A stretch of 64,000 nt of DNA, taken from the NCBI GenBank assembly GCA_009692615.1, contig SHYW01000004.1:8273-72272 (forward strand). The letters run 5' to 3'. The position numbers were made by a program, and so were the translations under genes. Positions 8,540 to 16,651 of this stretch are shown in pieces (the stretch's first letter is position 1; the number at the start of each line of letters is the position of its first letter). Origin of the DNA: Deltaproteobacteria bacterium (lineage in GTDB: Bacteria; Desulfobacterota; Binatia; UBA9968). The notes under the pieces are model-generated. The model was not told where the DNA came from, searched no databases, and worked only from the letters and a program-made list of their open reading frames with translations.

Positions 8540-9343
8540 ATGCCCACCGACACCTGCTACTGGAAACACGAAATCCCCGCCGACCAAGCTTTTCCCTGCT
8601 ACGACGGCAAAAGCACAGTCTGTAGCCATTGCTGCGTCGAGCAGTGTCCCAAGGAAACGCCGCAATGGTTCGCCGCCTGCGCCCGCGCCGGCCATCCGAC
8701 CTGGCCTAGCGTCGATCAAGGCCAGCGCGTGTCGCGCAAACTGGTCGTGCTCGAATCTTACTGGGACAACCGTCTGTTTCAGACCATGTCGGTCAAAGGC
8801 TTCTTCGAATCCATGGGGCCGTTGCACGATCCGCCGTTGCAACTAGCGCACCGCTTCGTCGAATCCCAACGCGGCCTAGCACACTACACGCGATCGCCCG
8901 AAGGCCTTCTCTGGCGCGATCCCGCCGCCGCCGATGCGCCGATTTTCTACTTGGCATTTCACGGCGCGCCGAGCGAAGTCAAATCGGTCCTCGAATCCAT
9001 CGGCGCCCAAGAGCTGTGCGATGCCTTCCAAAACTTCGGCGTCAAACCCAACCTGGTTTACTTCGCCGCGTGCAGCGTGCTCAAAGGCCGCGCCGGCCGA
9101 CAGTTCGCCAAGAAATTTCTCGAAGCCTCCCGCTGCCGCGCGCTGCTCGGCTACACCACCAACGTCAACTGGATGCTCAGCCTGCTGACCGATATGCTTT
9201 TCCTACACCGCTTCTATCGCGACGACGATCCATGGAAAAACTTGCGCAAGATTTACCGCTCGGTGCTGAACGACTTCAAACCCGCCGAAGAAATTGGTTG
9301 GACATTAATCGAGAATCCGCGCAGCTTTAAGAAGCGCCGATAA
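8540..9343 (+). CDS. hypothetical protein: Cys-rich N-terminus plus candidate caspase/CHAT-like His-Cys dyad
   Basis: N-terminal CxxxxxxxxxxxCxxxxxxCxHCCxxxC cluster. Later IFYLAFHGAP and NLVYFAACSVLKG lie about 45 aa apart, in the pattern of C14/CHAT catalytic His and Cys. Confidence 0.35.
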   Translation: MPTDTCYWKHEIPADQAFPCYDGKSTVCSHCCVEQCPKETPQWFAACARAGHPTWPSVDQGQRVSRKLVVLESYWDNRLFQTMSVKGFFESMGPLHDPPLQLAHRFVESQRGLAHYTRSPEGLLWRDPAAADAPIFYLAFHGAPSEVKSVLESIGAQELCDAFQNFGVKPNLVYFAACSVLKGRAGRQFAKKFLEASRCRALLGYTTNVNWMLSLLTDMLFLHRFYRDDDPWKNLRKIYRSVLNDFKPAEEIGWTLIENPRSFKKRR

Positions 9344-9394
9344 CTTGCTAAAACTGACGACAGCTAGAAGCACACGAGGTCACGATATAATTTT

Positions 9395-9437
9395 CTGTAG
9401 GGGCAGACCTGCGTGTCTGCCCTTCTCCATTCGAAGG
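9395..9437. repeat. repeat family B copy (ctgtaggggcagacctgcgtgtctgccc..)
   Basis: Same element at 59855-59923, with related copies at 15525-15547 and 57465-57492. Confidence 0.5.
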
Positions 9438-9448
9438 ACTGAATCATC

Positions 9449-10552
9449 ATGCTGAGAGCTGGAATCGTCGGTCTGCCCAACGTCGGCAAGTCGACACTGT
9501 TTAACGCCATCACGCGCACGCGCAAAGCCGAGGCGGCCAATTATCCCTTTTGCACCATCGATCCCAACGTCGGCATGGTCACCGTGCCGGACGCGCGGCT
9601 CTATGTCTTGCAGCAGATGGTCAAAACCAACGTGGTCATCCCGGCGGTGATCGAGTTCGTTGACATCGCTGGCCTGGTCAAAGGCGCCAGCCAAGGCGAA
9701 GGGCTCGGCAATAAATTTCTCACCCATATCCGCGAAGTCGACGCCATCGTCCAAGTTGTGCGCTGCTTCGAAGACGCCGACGTGCACCATGTCTCCGGCA
9801 ACATCGATCCGGTGCGCGACATCGAAGTCATCAACACCGAACTCATGCTCGCCGATCTCGAAACCGTGAAGAAGCGGCGCGAGCGCATCGCCAAGGAGAT
9901 CAAGCGCGGCGACAAAGCCGCCGCCGCCGAGGACGCCCTGCTGGTGAAAATCGAAACCGCCCTCGACGCTGGCAAGCCAGCTCTCACTGTCGAACTGACG
10001 CCGGAAGAACACGCCATGTCCGCGCAGTTTTTCCTGCTCTCCGACAAGCGCACGATCTTCGCCTGCAACGTCAAAGAGTCCGACTTGGCCACCGCCGATC
10101 AGAACAGCTACGTGCAAAAAGTGCGCGACTACGTGAAAACCCATCTCGCTTGCGAAGCGGTGGTGATCAGCGCGCAGATCGAGAGCGACCTCGTCGATCT
10201 CGAACCCGCCGACGCTGAAGCCTTTCTCAAAGAACTCGGCGTACAAGAAAGCGGCATCGGCGCGCTCATCCGCGCAACTTATCATCTGCTCGGGTTGCGG
10301 ACTTATCTCACCGCCGGCGAAAAAGAAGTGCGTGCCTGGACCATTCACGCCGGCGACACCGCCCCCAAAGCCGCCGGCGTCATCCACTCCGACTTCGAAC
10401 GCGGCTTCATCAAAGCCGAAACCGTTTCTTACGAGGACTTAGTTCAATGCGGCTCCGTCGCCGCGGCCCGTACGAAGGGCTTATATCGCATGGAAGGGAA
10501 AGAATACGTCGTGCAGGATGGGGATGTGATGTTGTTTAAGTTCAATGTTTAG
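9449..10552 (+). CDS. ychF: redox-regulated ribosome-binding ATPase YchF (Obg family GTPase)
   Basis: GIVGLPNVGKSTLFNA P-loop, DIAGLV, a C-terminal TGS domain, and the conserved tail GKEYVVQDGDVMLFKFNV. Confidence 0.9.
   Translation: MLRAGIVGLPNVGKSTLFNAITRTRKAEAANYPFCTIDPNVGMVTVPDARLYVLQQMVKTNVVIPAVIEFVDIAGLVKGASQGEGLGNKFLTHIREVDAIVQVVRCFEDADVHHVSGNIDPVRDIEVINTELMLADLETVKKRRERIAKEIKRGDKAAAAEDALLVKIETALDAGKPALTVELTPEEHAMSAQFFLLSDKRTIFACNVKESDLATADQNSYVQKVRDYVKTHLACEAVVISAQIESDLVDLEPADAEAFLKELGVQESGIGALIRATYHLLGLRTYLTAGEKEVRAWTIHAGDTAPKAAGVIHSDFERGFIKAETVSYEDLVQCGSVAAARTKGLYRMEGKEYVVQDGDVMLFKFNV
10452..10552 (+). repeat. direct repeat R1 (3' 100 nt of ychF), copy 1
   Basis: About 88% identical to 11120-11219, and the last 60 nt are nearly identical. 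Confidence 0.65.
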
Positions 10553-10586
10553 TGAACAAGCTGAAAATGCGCAGCCGAAAGTAAAT

Positions 10587-10646
10587 CCTGTTACGTTAAC
10601 CAGGGAGACCCATTAAGAATAGTCGCGTAAAGAAAGCAACAGAGCC
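10587..10646 (+). repeat. direct repeat R2, copy 1; contains a 3' remnant of a DUF4926-type gene (..YVNQGDPLRIVA stop)
   Basis: About 80% identical to 11441-11497, which is the true 3' end of the DUF4926 gene (..HNQSPLRIVA stop). Confidence 0.55.
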
Positions 10647-10657
10647 AAATTCAATCC

Positions 10658-11074
10658 ATGAAGATTGCGCCTCAGAGTTTCTATGCAGCTATCGCTGCTG
10701 GCTGCGCCACGGTTTTGCCCTTGGTCGGGGTGCAATTAGTCGTTGATTATTTCGATTCACCCGCTAAAGGTCCGGATCGGGCAACAATGGCAGTGATCTT
10801 CCTAACGCCCATTATCATCTTGGGATTTGCAGCCTACTTTGTTGGAGTCAGGATATTACTTTCATTGCTTCGGCTCGATTCGCTTCGTACGGCATTGATC
10901 GTAAGCGCGCTCACTGTCGGCGTTCTAATAAGCTGGATGATTTTCAACGACCCGTCATCAAGCCCGAATACGTTCTGGGGATTTGTCGGACCTTCTTGCA
11001 TAGTTCTTACATCCCTCGTCGCGGGAACTTTTGTGTACGAGTGGGCGCGTCAACGTATTCATCCGAACTGGTGA
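10658..11074 (+). CDS. hypothetical integral membrane protein (3-4 TM helices)
   Basis: 138 aa and hydrophobic. Lies between R2 and the second ychF-tail copy. Confidence 0.4.
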   Translation: MKIAPQSFYAAIAAGCATVLPLVGVQLVVDYFDSPAKGPDRATMAVIFLTPIIILGFAAYFVGVRILLSLLRLDSLRTALIVSALTVGVLISWMIFNDPSSSPNTFWGFVGPSCIVLTSLVAGTFVYEWARQRIHPNW

Positions 11075-11119
11075 AATAGACCACAATACACATGACCGCT
11101 CACGTAGCGATGAATGCGA

Positions 11120-11219
11120 CTCCGTCACCGCCGCGCGCACCAAGGGCTTGTGCCGCATGGAAGGGAAAGAATATGTCGTGCAGGATGGGGATGTGATGTT
11201 GTTTAAGTTCAATGGGTAG
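11120..11219 (+). repeat. direct repeat R1 copy 2 (orphan duplicate of ychF 3' end)
   Basis: Encodes ..AARTKGLCRMEGKEYVVQDGDVMLFKFNG stop, versus the ychF tail ..AARTKGLYRMEGKEYVVQDGDVMLFKFNV. Confidence 0.65.
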
Positions 11220-11249
11220 TGCGCGCCTCGGTCGCGAACGGAAACGAAG

Positions 11250-11477
11250 ATGAAACAACGAAAACTCAAACTATTGGAAACCATCGCACTGCTTCAAGAC
11301 ATACCATCCCGCAAGCTGAAACGCGGCGAAGTTGGCACGGTAGAAGAAATCCTTGCGCCCAATTTTTACGAAGTTGAATTCTGTGATGACGAAGGGCAAA
11401 CCTACGCCGAACTGGCGTTACGCGGCATACAGATCATCCCGTTACATAACCAGAGCCCATTAAGAATTGTCGCGTGA
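11250..11477 (+). CDS. DUF4926-like small protein
   Basis: 75 aa. LLQDIPSRKLKRGEVGTVEEILAPNFYEVEFCDDEGQTYAELAL follows the DUF4926 pattern. Confidence 0.5.
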   Translation: MKQRKLKLLETIALLQDIPSRKLKRGEVGTVEEILAPNFYEVEFCDDEGQTYAELALRGIQIIPLHNQSPLRIVA

Positions 11478-11497
11478 GCAAAGAGGCCCACGACAGC
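11441..11497 (+). repeat. direct repeat R2 copy 2
   Basis: Pairs with 10587-10646. Confidence 0.55.
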
Positions 11498-11574
11498 TCC
11501 AATCTATAGAATTGGTATTATGCCCCCGGACCTTTGTCTCTTTCATTTTCCAAAACTGTGGCTACAATAGGTCC

Positions 11575-11907
11575 GTGGCTCGAGCACTCTCCCCGGATGA
11601 TGTTCTCTTTGAAGTTTTGAGTCCGCTTGGATTTCGTGTACGCGTCACACGCGGCTACTGGGAAGTCATCGTTTCGATCAAGCATCCGGTCATGGCGGGA
11701 CATGAACAGGATGTCAAAGAAACGCTTGAAACTCCCAGCGAGATTCGATTGAGCAAGAACGATTCGACAGTTCACCTGTTTTACCGGCAGAAAGAGATCG
11801 GACGATGGGTATGTGCTGTGGCCAAGCGTCTCGATGGTGAAGGCTTTCTGATTACAGCTTACCCAACCGACGCGATCAAAGAAGGAGAACAGATATGGCC
11901 CAAGTGA
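11575..11907 (+). CDS. DUF4258-like protein (putative toxin partner of DUF2283)
   Basis: C-terminal ..KEIGRWVCAVAKRLDGEGFLITAYPTD resembles the DUF4258 VVITAY motif. GTG start chosen; the ORF-track start is TTG at 11467. Confidence 0.35.
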   Translation: MARALSPDDVLFEVLSPLGFRVRVTRGYWEVIVSIKHPVMAGHEQDVKETLETPSEIRLSKNDSTVHLFYRQKEIGRWVCAVAKRLDGEGFLITAYPTDAIKEGEQIWPK

Positions 11908-12107
11908 AAGTTTTTTACGATGAAACCGGCAATACGCTCACCGTCTGGTTTGGCGATCCTGAGAGCGAGTACATCAGCGAGGAAACCGGTGAGGAAGTCA
12001 TCCTCATGAAGGACAAGGCTGGTCATGTCATCGGTTTTGAAAAGCTCAATTTCACGGTCGCCAAACCCAAGCATCTACAAGTGGCGTTCGAAACGGTAGG
12101 CGGCTAA
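11895..12107 (+). CDS. DUF2283 domain protein
   Basis: VKVFYDETGNTLTVWFGDPESEY..EEVILMKDKAGHVIGFEKL is a typical DUF2283 signature. Confidence 0.55.
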   Translation: MAQVKVFYDETGNTLTVWFGDPESEYISEETGEEVILMKDKAGHVIGFEKLNFTVAKPKHLQVAFETVGG

Positions 12108-12350
12108 CGGAATTTTCACCCCGATGTGGTTCGCTACTGTCTCGTCTGTCAAGCCTGACACGGAATCAGTGGATGGCCGTATATCACTGCATGATCTTGC
12201 TTTAAGAATCACTAGAAACTTGTAGGTGCAAAAAATATAGACACGTCCGAACAGATACTCCGACAACTTCGTTGGATCAAGTGGTTAAACGCATTCATCG
12301 CGATCAGTTTCGCAGTAACTGCCGGCTCGTTTGTGTGGGTAAGCCTTGAG

Positions 12351-12647
12351 ATGCCTCGCACCACATCCAACGCTGCTTATTCTGCCTCCTTTACGAACCA
12401 GGGCACAAACCTCTTAAACAAAGGCAAGGCAAAAGAAGTCATCCTGTTGGCAGAAGAACGCGAAAAGAAGTCTCCTATGGATCCGTACGTGTATTGGTTT
12501 CGGGGCAAAGCCTACTACCAATTAGGAGAGTATGATGCTGCGTTAAAAGATATACTTGTTGCGGACGAGATCTGCCCAGTGTGGCACGAAGAATATACCG
12601 GGCCTTTCATCAAGAGAATCAAAGAAAAACTTACTGAGAAGGGCTAG
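12351..12647 (+). CDS. hypothetical protein (possible single TPR-like motif) in a low-GC spacer
   Basis: ..AYYQLGEYDAALKDILVADEI.. The surrounding 12.1-12.75 kb is visibly AT-richer than its flanks. Confidence 0.25.
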   Translation: MPRTTSNAAYSASFTNQGTNLLNKGKAKEVILLAEEREKKSPMDPYVYWFRGKAYYQLGEYDAALKDILVADEICPVWHEEYTGPFIKRIKEKLTEKG

Positions 12648-12753
12648 GAACGACGTCGTTGCACGTAACATTTGCGTGGGGCGGATGCCACGCAAACTCG
12701 GGCTGTTTTTCGATACATCTGTAACGACTCCGCTCACGCTAACGTTAGTTTTG

Positions 12754-14325
12754 CTAACCTTTCAATTCAAACTTCCCATCCTTATCCTGACCGATTTTCT
12801 CTTCTTCATACAACCGCGCCAGCGCACTCGCGACGGTCTTGTAATCCGCCTTGGGAAACTTATCCAAGAGATCGGCGAAGAAACAGTGCGACTTGCCGAG
12901 AGCCGCGACGATCTTCTCAACCAGTAATTCCACTGTTTCTGCTGACGTTGCATTGGCTTTTGCCTTTACCGTGACATCGGAAACGCCGACGTAATCGCTC
13001 AACTTAACCTTGCCCTGATTGAAATAAATGATCCGCTGGTACCGCTCGGCCGGAATATTTTCCGGGATCGTCGCGTCGATGCCCATCTTCGCTGTCGTCG
13101 GAACTTTGCCGTACAATGGCAGCGGCAAAGATGGATCGAGCGGCTTAGAGCGCGCGTTGGAGACGATGACGACATCGCGGTCGGCTTGCACGCGGGTCGC
13201 GACGGCCCACTCCACGTCGATGGGATCAAACACGTCGATATCGTCGTCGACGATGGTCACGTGTTTGATATCGGCGATGGACAAGAGCGCCATGATCGCG
13301 TTCTTGCCGTCGCCGGGAACTTTTTTGATCGACGCAATGATATGCCAGTGGCAACAGCCGCCGGGCGTGACGTTGATCCCAACCGTCTGCACGCCCGCTT
13401 CAGCCAATACGCGGCGCGCCGCGGCTTCGTAGATCGGCGCCGACATCCAGATATTTTCCCAAGGCATCTGCAGCGCGTAGTACATAGCGTCCTTGCGGTG
13501 CATGATCGACTTGATGCGCACTCTTGGATTCATGTGCATGCCGCCCATCAGGCGATTGAATTCGCTGAACGGCCCTTCGCTGTGCACCCAGCCTTCGGGG
13601 AGAATTTCTCCCTCTAAAACAATTTCGGCGTCGGCGATGCACGGCACCGGCACGGTTTCGCCGTCGGCGAGACGCAGCGGTTCGTTACGCAAGCCACCGG
13701 CGAAGGTCAGTTCGTTGACGCCGAGGTTGGCTTTGAATGTCGACGCGACCAATTCATACGGATGAGTGCCGATGGAGATGGAGATCGGCAGCGGTTTCTT
13801 TTTTGCCAAGGCGCGTTCGGCGAACTTGCGCATGTTGTTGGGCGTGACGATGTCGATGCCGGTGATGTTGCGCTCCTTGAGCATCAAGCGGTAGATGCCG
13901 GCGTTGATGCCGAAATCCGGGTCCTCGGCGATCACCACGCCGGCGGTGATCATCGGCCCGCCATCCATGATCGAAAACACCGGCACCGGCAGGTCGTAGA
14001 GATTTACTTTCTTGCCGGTATGAATGACTTCCTTCACCGGCGCGTTGGCGACGCGCTTCGGTTGGATCGGTTTGTCCATCGCTTTGCCGAGCTTGGCGCC
14101 GATGTTTTCATAGTCGACGCCCATGCCGAGCGCGATGCGCTTGCGCGATTGCAGCAGACCGGAAACCACCGGCATCGAATAGCCGGGCAAATTCCTAAAC
14201 AGCAGCGCCTTCTCCGACTGCGCCACCAATGCCGCCACGTCGCGCAGATCAACAGGTTTGGAAATCTCCAACAGCTCGTCGTTTTTTCTTAGCGTGTCGA
14301 TGTAATCGCGAAAGCTCGCTTTCAT
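12754..14325 (-). CDS. UbiD family (prFMN-dependent) decarboxylase with a C-terminal extension of ~35 aa
   Basis: 523 aa with full-length UbiD similarity (..GGPMITAGVV..EGPFSEFNRLMGG..VTIVDDDIDVFDPIDVEWAVATRVQ..). Confidence 0.85.
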   Translation of the reverse strand: MKASFRDYIDTLRKNDELLEISKPVDLRDVAALVAQSEKALLFRNLPGYSMPVVSGLLQSRKRIALGMGVDYENIGAKLGKAMDKPIQPKRVANAPVKEVIHTGKKVNLYDLPVPVFSIMDGGPMITAGVVIAEDPDFGINAGIYRLMLKERNITGIDIVTPNNMRKFAERALAKKKPLPISISIGTHPYELVASTFKANLGVNELTFAGGLRNEPLRLADGETVPVPCIADAEIVLEGEILPEGWVHSEGPFSEFNRLMGGMHMNPRVRIKSIMHRKDAMYYALQMPWENIWMSAPIYEAAARRVLAEAGVQTVGINVTPGGCCHWHIIASIKKVPGDGKNAIMALLSIADIKHVTIVDDDIDVFDPIDVEWAVATRVQADRDVVIVSNARSKPLDPSLPLPLYGKVPTTAKMGIDATIPENIPAERYQRIIYFNQGKVKLSDYVGVSDVTVKAKANATSAETVELLVEKIVAALGKSHCFFADLLDKFPKADYKTVASALARLYEEEKIGQDKDGKFELKG

Positions 14326-14397
14326 TATTTTTCTCCAGCGATAATTTCGACGAAACTTAACATGGCGACTAGGCTAATGCCATCGGTGACAGTGGGT

Positions 14398-14477
14398 CGG
14401 CAGGGGCGAAAACTCTTTCGCCCCTGCCCATGAATATGCGCCGAGATGTTTCGCCGTAATTCCCCTTATGTTATAAT
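14398..14477 (+). promoter_or_regulatory. divergent intergenic region: perfect 13-bp-stem hairpin plus extended -10 (TGtTATAAT) upstream of the LLM gene
   Basis: ggcaggggcgaaa-actct-ttcgcccctgcc at 14398-14428, and tgttataat at 14469-14477, about 35 nt before the ATG at 14512. Confidence 0.3.
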
Positions 14478-14511
14478 CGCTACGATCTGGTCATTGTGAA
14501 AGGCTTTATCC

Positions 14512-15510
14512 ATGGCTTCATTCGGCCTCACACTAGCGAATCGCGGCGTCATCATCGGCGCCGTGACGATTCAGCAATTATTCGATATGGCCAAGCGTGG
14601 CGAAGACTCGGGCGCGTTCAACGCGGTTTGGGTCGGCGACAGTTTGCTGGCGAAACCGCGCTTGGAATCCATCGCGCTCTTGTCCGCATTGGCGGTGGTC
14701 ACTAAGAAAGTAAAACTCGCCGTCGGCTGCATGGCGACCTTTCCCCATCGCCATCCGGCGCTGCTCGCGCAGCAATGGGCGAGCTTGGATGTGATCTCCG
14801 GCGGCCGCTCGTGGTTGGCGGTCTGTCTCGGCGGACCCAACGAACAAAGCCCGGCGCAAGCGTTGGAACATAAAGTCATGGGCATCAAGGACACCGAACG
14901 GGTCGGCCGGCTTGAAGAGGGCATCACCATCCTGCGCAAATTTTTCCACGAGGAAAAGGCGTCATTCAAAGGACGCTTCTACGAATTCGAAGGCGTGACC
15001 ATCCAACCTCGCCCGATACAAAATCCCCTGCCAATTTGGATCGCCAGCAATCCCACCGGCCTCACTTGGAAAGACGGCGCCAGCGCGCCTTCGCCCGCAG
15101 TCGAAAAAGGCTTACGCCGTGTCGCTAAATACGCCGACGGCTGGATGACCAACAAAGTCACGCCGGAGGAATTCAAATCCCAATGGAAGCACATCCTCGA
15201 GATGGCCAAGGAAGAAGGCCGCGATCCAACGAAGATCGGCAGCTCGCTTTACCACAACATCAACATCAACGAGAACCGCCAAGCGGCGTTGGACGAGAGC
15301 AAAGCGTTTCTCGACAAGTATTACACGTCCAACTTCAGCATGAAGTTCGTCGAAGGCTTCACCACCGCGGGCAGTCCGGCGCAGTGCATCGAAGAACTGA
15401 AAGCCTACTTCGCCGCCGGTATCGAACATATCACGCTGCGCATGACTTCCTGGGATCAAACCGGCCAGCTCAAACGATTTCTCGATGAAGTTGCGCCGGC
15501 GTTTAATTAA
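14512..15510 (+). CDS. LLM class (luciferase-like) flavin-dependent oxidoreductase
   Basis: TIM-barrel LLM signature (..AVWVGDSLL..SGGRSWLAV..). Confidence 0.8.
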   Translation: MASFGLTLANRGVIIGAVTIQQLFDMAKRGEDSGAFNAVWVGDSLLAKPRLESIALLSALAVVTKKVKLAVGCMATFPHRHPALLAQQWASLDVISGGRSWLAVCLGGPNEQSPAQALEHKVMGIKDTERVGRLEEGITILRKFFHEEKASFKGRFYEFEGVTIQPRPIQNPLPIWIASNPTGLTWKDGASAPSPAVEKGLRRVAKYADGWMTNKVTPEEFKSQWKHILEMAKEEGRDPTKIGSSLYHNININENRQAALDESKAFLDKYYTSNFSMKFVEGFTTAGSPAQCIEELKAYFAAGIEHITLRMTSWDQTGQLKRFLDEVAPAFN

Positions 15511-15524
15511 AATTGATGAACACG

Positions 15525-15596
15525 TGTAGGGGCGACCGGCGGTCGCCCTTGCCCTTACCCTCACCCCTGCCCTCTCCCATCGGAATGGGCGAGGGT
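15525..15596. repeat. composite repeat: family B hairpin (gtaggggcgaccggcggtcgccc) plus family D element (ccctcaccc..ccctctcccatcggaatgggcgaggg)
   Basis: Family D copies also occur at 48647-48740 and 60950-61036. Here it overlaps the predicted ATG of the downstream solute-binding protein. Confidence 0.55.
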
Positions 15597-16607
15597 GAAG
15601 AAAAGAAGAACAGGCCGAGTAACTCCGTTGAGACCAACAAGAAGCGAAATTTATTTTTCTACCTTGTCGCCGCCACTTCGTTACTTTTCGGCACCGCGTC
15701 GCCGCAAGCGCAAACCGAGCGCGTCACGCTCGGTTACCCGGCGACCGCGATGAGCCACTTTCCCGCTTTCGTCGGCCGCGAGTTTGGGCAATTCAAAGAT
15801 GAAGGACTCGACGTCCAGCTCGTGCGGGTGTCGGGCAACGTCGTCGTCGCGGCGCTGCTCTCTGGCGAGCTCGGTTACACCACCTCCGGCGACGGCACCA
15901 TTCGCTCGGCGGTCTTGGGATTGCCGATCAAAATGCTCGCCGCCATCGGCGTCAAACCGTCCTTGTCATTGATCGTGCGACCGGAAATCAAAACCGTCGC
16001 CGACTTGAAAGGCAAAGCCATCGCGATTTCCACGCCGGGAACGACGACGGACTTCACCGCCCGCGAGATCGTCAAACATTACGGCTTGAATCCCGATCGC
16101 GACATCACGACCATTGGCATGGGCGATCAACCCCAACGCATGGCCGCCATGCAGAGCTGCACCGCCGCCGGCGCCATCGTCACGCCGCCCAACGATCTCA
16201 AGGCCGAAGCTCAAGGATTTCGATTATTAGTATTTTCCGGCGATATCATGGAGGACAGCATTCTCGGCGTGCTCGGCACCAGCGAGCGGCGCATCAAAGA
16301 ACGGCCCGACCAAGTCAAAAAAATGGTCCGCGCCATCGTCAGATCGCTGATCTTCATCCGCCAACAGCCCGAGAAGGTGATCAACTTCGCCCAACGCTTT
16401 TGGAAACTCGACCGCAAGCAGGCGGAAAAAAGCTACGAGCTGATCGTCAAAACCATGAGCCGCGACGGCAGCGCCACCGACGCGGCGATGCAGGCGGCGA
16501 TCTATCAAGCCAAGGTAACGAGCAAGATTCAGAAAGATATTTCGCCGGCCCAAGCGGTCGATTTCAGCTTCCTTCAGCAAGTTCAACAAGAACTCAAGCT
16601 TCGCTAA
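15585..16607 (+). CDS. ABC transporter substrate-binding protein, NMT1/THI5/SsuA-like (aliphatic sulfonate/nitrate/taurine family)
   Basis: Signal peptide KKRNLFFYLVAATSLLFGTASPQA, then an NMT1-like domain. The ORF-track N-terminus LPLPSPLPSPIGMGEG is repeat-derived, so the ATG inside the repeat was chosen. Confidence 0.65.
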   Translation: MGEGEEKKNRPSNSVETNKKRNLFFYLVAATSLLFGTASPQAQTERVTLGYPATAMSHFPAFVGREFGQFKDEGLDVQLVRVSGNVVVAALLSGELGYTTSGDGTIRSAVLGLPIKMLAAIGVKPSLSLIVRPEIKTVADLKGKAIAISTPGTTTDFTAREIVKHYGLNPDRDITTIGMGDQPQRMAAMQSCTAAGAIVTPPNDLKAEAQGFRLLVFSGDIMEDSILGVLGTSERRIKERPDQVKKMVRAIVRSLIFIRQQPEKVINFAQRFWKLDRKQAEKSYELIVKTMSRDGSATDAAMQAAIYQAKVTSKIQKDISPAQAVDFSFLQQVQQELKLR

Positions 16608-16651
16608 TCAGAAATTTACTTAACTACTATAAAGTCAGAAAGTTATTCCAA

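Noticed and set aside
15513-15584. N-terminal LPLPSPLPSPIGMGEG extension of the binding protein, and similar Pro/Leu/Gly runs elsewhere
   Set aside because: These are in-frame translations of family D/E repeat DNA, not protein sequence.
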